Below, in pieces: positions 61,725 to 64,000 of a stretch of 64,000 bases of DNA; within the stretch, counting starts at the first letter, position 1; every line of letters begins with the position of its first letter. The notes beneath the pieces were generated by a model. That model saw nothing but the letters and a program-made list of their open reading frames with translations, was not told where the DNA came from and searched no databases. The position numbers and the translations under genes were made by a program. The DNA is from an uncultured delta proteobacterium. Lineage in GTDB: Bacteria > Myxococcota_A > Polyangia > Polyangiales > Polyangiaceae. Location of the stretch: NCBI GenBank assembly GCA_963841435.1, contig CAWJCS010000003.1:1216001-1280000 (forward strand), given 5' to 3'.

Positions 61725-63116
61725 CTAGCAGCCTCCGCCGCCTTCGGCGAGCCCCGAGGGTTCCGCGTCACCGACCGGGCGGGCGTTCGGTGCCTGCCGC
61801 TCGGCGAGCGTCACCCCCACCGGACATGGCAAAAGCGTGAGCCCGCTCGCGGGGTACCCCGGCGCGTCCTCGGTGAGCGAGGGCTCGAAACGACCCGCAA
61901 GCCCTGCGACGAGCAGCGCATCCTCGATCTGAGCAACCTGTTGGCCCGGGCAGGTGTGGAGCCCTCCGCCGAACGGGAAGTACGCGTAGCGTGGCAGGCG
62001 CGCCCGGTCCGAAAGCCAACGCTCGGGTCGGAACGCCTTCGGCTCGTCGTACCAGCGCGACGAGCGGTGCACGGCCCATTGCGGGATTTGGAGCTCCGAG
62101 CCCTTGGGCAGGCGTACCCCGCCGAGCTCGACGGCGGCGTTCGTCGTGCGCCCGATGCGATGCGTCGGCGGGTAGAGGCGATAGGTCTCCTTGAGCACGG
62201 CGTTCAGGTAAGAAAGCCGCGGAAGCTCGTCGAGCGCGGGGAGCCGTCCGGCCACGTGCTCATCGAGCTCGGCGCGCAGACGCGAGAGCGCGGCGGGGTG
62301 CTTTGCGAGCAGATAGAGCGCCCAGCTCACCGCCGCGGCGGCCGTTTCGTGGCCGGCGAGCGCAATGGTCACGGCCTCGTCGCGCACCGCCGAAGGGCGC
62401 ATCGGGCACCCGTCGTGATCCTCGCCGCGGACGAGGCGGTCGAAGAACGTCGGCGGGCCGTCGGGCTCGGCGGCGCGGCGGCGGCGCAGCGCTTCGAGCG
62501 CTGCGTCGAGCCCGCGGATACGCTTCGCGTGGCGGCGGCGGTGAACGCCGGGCAAGAGGAACGTCCACGGCGCACGACGCGAGTCCTGCTCCACCTCGTG
62601 ACACATGAGCGCGACATCGCGGATGGTGGCCGAGAGCCCAGGCGACTCGACGCCGTAAAAAAAGCCGGTGAGCTGCGTCAGGCACACGTCGACCACCAGC
62701 TGGTAAACGTCATGCGTCCCGGGCGCGAGGTCGCTCAGCATGCGAGCGACACGTTGCGCGAGCATCTCCGTGTACGCCGCGTGGTGCGCGGGATGAAACG
62801 CCGGCTGAACGATGCGACGCCGGTGCTGGTAGCGAGCCCCGTCGGCGACGAGCAACCCCTCGCCGAAGATCCAGCGGCTGCCCTTCAGGAACATTGGCTT
62901 GTCGAACTTGGGCGCCTGGTGCACGAGCACCTGCTCGATGAGATCCGGCCCAGTGACGACGTAGAGCGGCCGGTGGTAAAGCCGGATGCGGACGAGCGGT
63001 CCGAGCTTTTCGCAGCGCTCGTACAGCCCGAACAGATCTCGATCGAAGTCTTTGGCGTGCCCCGAGATCGCGGAGGTCGCCGGAAGCGAAGGAAGCAAGG
63101 CGGGCGCGAGTAGCAC
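61725..63116 (-). CDS. cytochrome P450
   Basis: AGHET I-helix, ETYRLYPP (ExxR), FRPERW, FGGGLHTCPG heme ligand; start uncertain (GTG 63116). Confidence 0.95.
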   Translation of the reverse strand: MLLAPALLPSLPATSAISGHAKDFDRDLFGLYERCEKLGPLVRIRLYHRPLYVVTGPDLIEQVLVHQAPKFDKPMFLKGSRWIFGEGLLVADGARYQHRRRIVQPAFHPAHHAAYTEMLAQRVARMLSDLAPGTHDVYQLVVDVCLTQLTGFFYGVESPGLSATIRDVALMCHEVEQDSRRAPWTFLLPGVHRRRHAKRIRGLDAALEALRRRRAAEPDGPPTFFDRLVRGEDHDGCPMRPSAVRDEAVTIALAGHETAAAAVSWALYLLAKHPAALSRLRAELDEHVAGRLPALDELPRLSYLNAVLKETYRLYPPTHRIGRTTNAAVELGGVRLPKGSELQIPQWAVHRSSRWYDEPKAFRPERWLSDRARLPRYAYFPFGGGLHTCPGQQVAQIEDALLVAGLAGRFEPSLTEDAPGYPASGLTLLPCPVGVTLAERQAPNARPVGDAEPSGLAEGGGGC

Positions 63117-63176
63117 GAAACCTGAGCCGGCGAATAGTGTCGCGGCGCCCGCTAGCGCGTCACTAGAGTGGCTCGC

Positions 63177-64000
63177 GTGAGCGAGCCCCGGACCAGCAGC
63201 AAGGCGGCAGCAGCGGACCACGAGCTGGAGGACCAGCTCGAGCACCGCTTCGTCGAGGTACCCGCGAGGGTGAAGAATGCTTCGACCAAGCTACGTCTTC
63301 ACTACGTGAGGACGCGCCCGTTTCCCGAGTGTTTCGCCGGGACGGACCCTCGAGCCGCACCGCTCACCGTCCTTTTGCACGGCTTTCCGGACTTCTGGTA
63401 CTCGTGGCGTCATCAGCTCGCCTTCCTCGCGGCGCGGGGCCTGCCCGCCGTCGCGCTCGACGTGAGGGGCTACGCTCGTTCCGATAAACCCCTGGGGGTG
63501 GAGCACTACGCCCCCGACGTGCTCGCCGAGGACGTGCGGCGCGTCATCGAGGCAAACGGCGCAGATCGCGCCATCATCGTCGGGCACGATCTCGGCGGGA
63601 TGCTCGCCTACGTGTTCGCGATGGAGCATCCGAGCATGGTGGAGGCGCTGATGGTGCTCAACTGTCCCCATCCGGGTCACCTGCTCCGGATGCTCGCCTC
63701 GCCGAGACAGTTGGCGAGGAGCTGGTACGTCTTCTTCTTCCAGCTGCCGGGGCTACCGCGCTGGTACCTCGGGGCGGGCAGGCTCTGGGCATTGCGCGAG
63801 ACGTATCGGCGATACCTCGCGACCCCGATGAACGAGACCGAGATTCAACGCTACGTGGACGCGCTGGGGGGCGCGTCCACGCAGGCGTGCCTCGACCACT
63901 ATCGGGCGTTGCTCAGGTGGTGGGTGAGCTTTGCCCAGAGGCCCCCGGCGCCGAGCCCGATCGTCACGCAGGTGCTCTGGGGAAAGAACGACCCCTTCCT
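63177..64000 (+). CDS. alpha/beta hydrolase, epoxide-hydrolase-like (partial, runs off window)
   Basis: read directly, not in track: LLHGFPDFWYSWRHQ, D.RGY..SDKP, VGHDLGG (Asp nucleophile), SWYVFFFQLP. Confidence 0.9.
   Translation, partial: MSEPRTSSKAAAADHELEDQLEHRFVEVPARVKNASTKLRLHYVRTRPFPECFAGTDPRAAPLTVLLHGFPDFWYSWRHQLAFLAARGLPAVALDVRGYARSDKPLGVEHYAPDVLAEDVRRVIEANGADRAIIVGHDLGGMLAYVFAMEHPSMVEALMVLNCPHPGHLLRMLASPRQLARSWYVFFFQLPGLPRWYLGAGRLWALRETYRRYLATPMNETEIQRYVDALGGASTQACLDHYRALLRWWVSFAQRPPAPSPIVTQVLWGKNDPF

Noticed and set aside
63117-63300. Short RiPP precursor (biarylitide/cittilin type) upstream of the P450
   Set aside because: No ATG-started MxYxH or Tyr-rich peptide on the minus strand; the space is a short intergenic plus the divergent hydrolase

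Overview
GC-rich (roughly 70%) bacterial chromosome segment. MYXO-CTERM-like sorting signals, Pro-rich linkers, the split atp operon and ribosomal-protein style suggest Myxococcota, probably Polyangia; this is inference, not a database result. It is mostly core and envelope genes: a MocR regulator and zwf; a GT-C/flippase/GT2 glycosylation cluster; LysM-DUF58-VWA; SurA and a double-DsbA protein; a MYXO-CTERM protein plus beta-barrel; recA with a LexA-like box; a TetR unit with twin palindromic operators; RseP; a polar amino-acid ABC transporter; ftsK divergent from a lipoprotein/RHH-FHA/L,D-transpeptidase unit; atpZ-I-B-E; two orphan histidine kinases around an Fe-S protein and rdgB; the rplV-spc-alpha ribosomal block; GNAT, DUF481-like barrel, P450 and an epoxide-hydrolase-like gene running off the end. 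I found no tRNA, rRNA, CRISPR array, IS or phage gene. Best candidate for an undescribed system: a ribbon-helix-helix + FHA protein whose divergent promoter region has three phased 10-bp repeats abutting the ftsK start. The many frameshifts in essential ribosomal-operon genes show a both-alleles-inserted pattern that points to a mixed-strain consensus artefact rather than pseudogenes.
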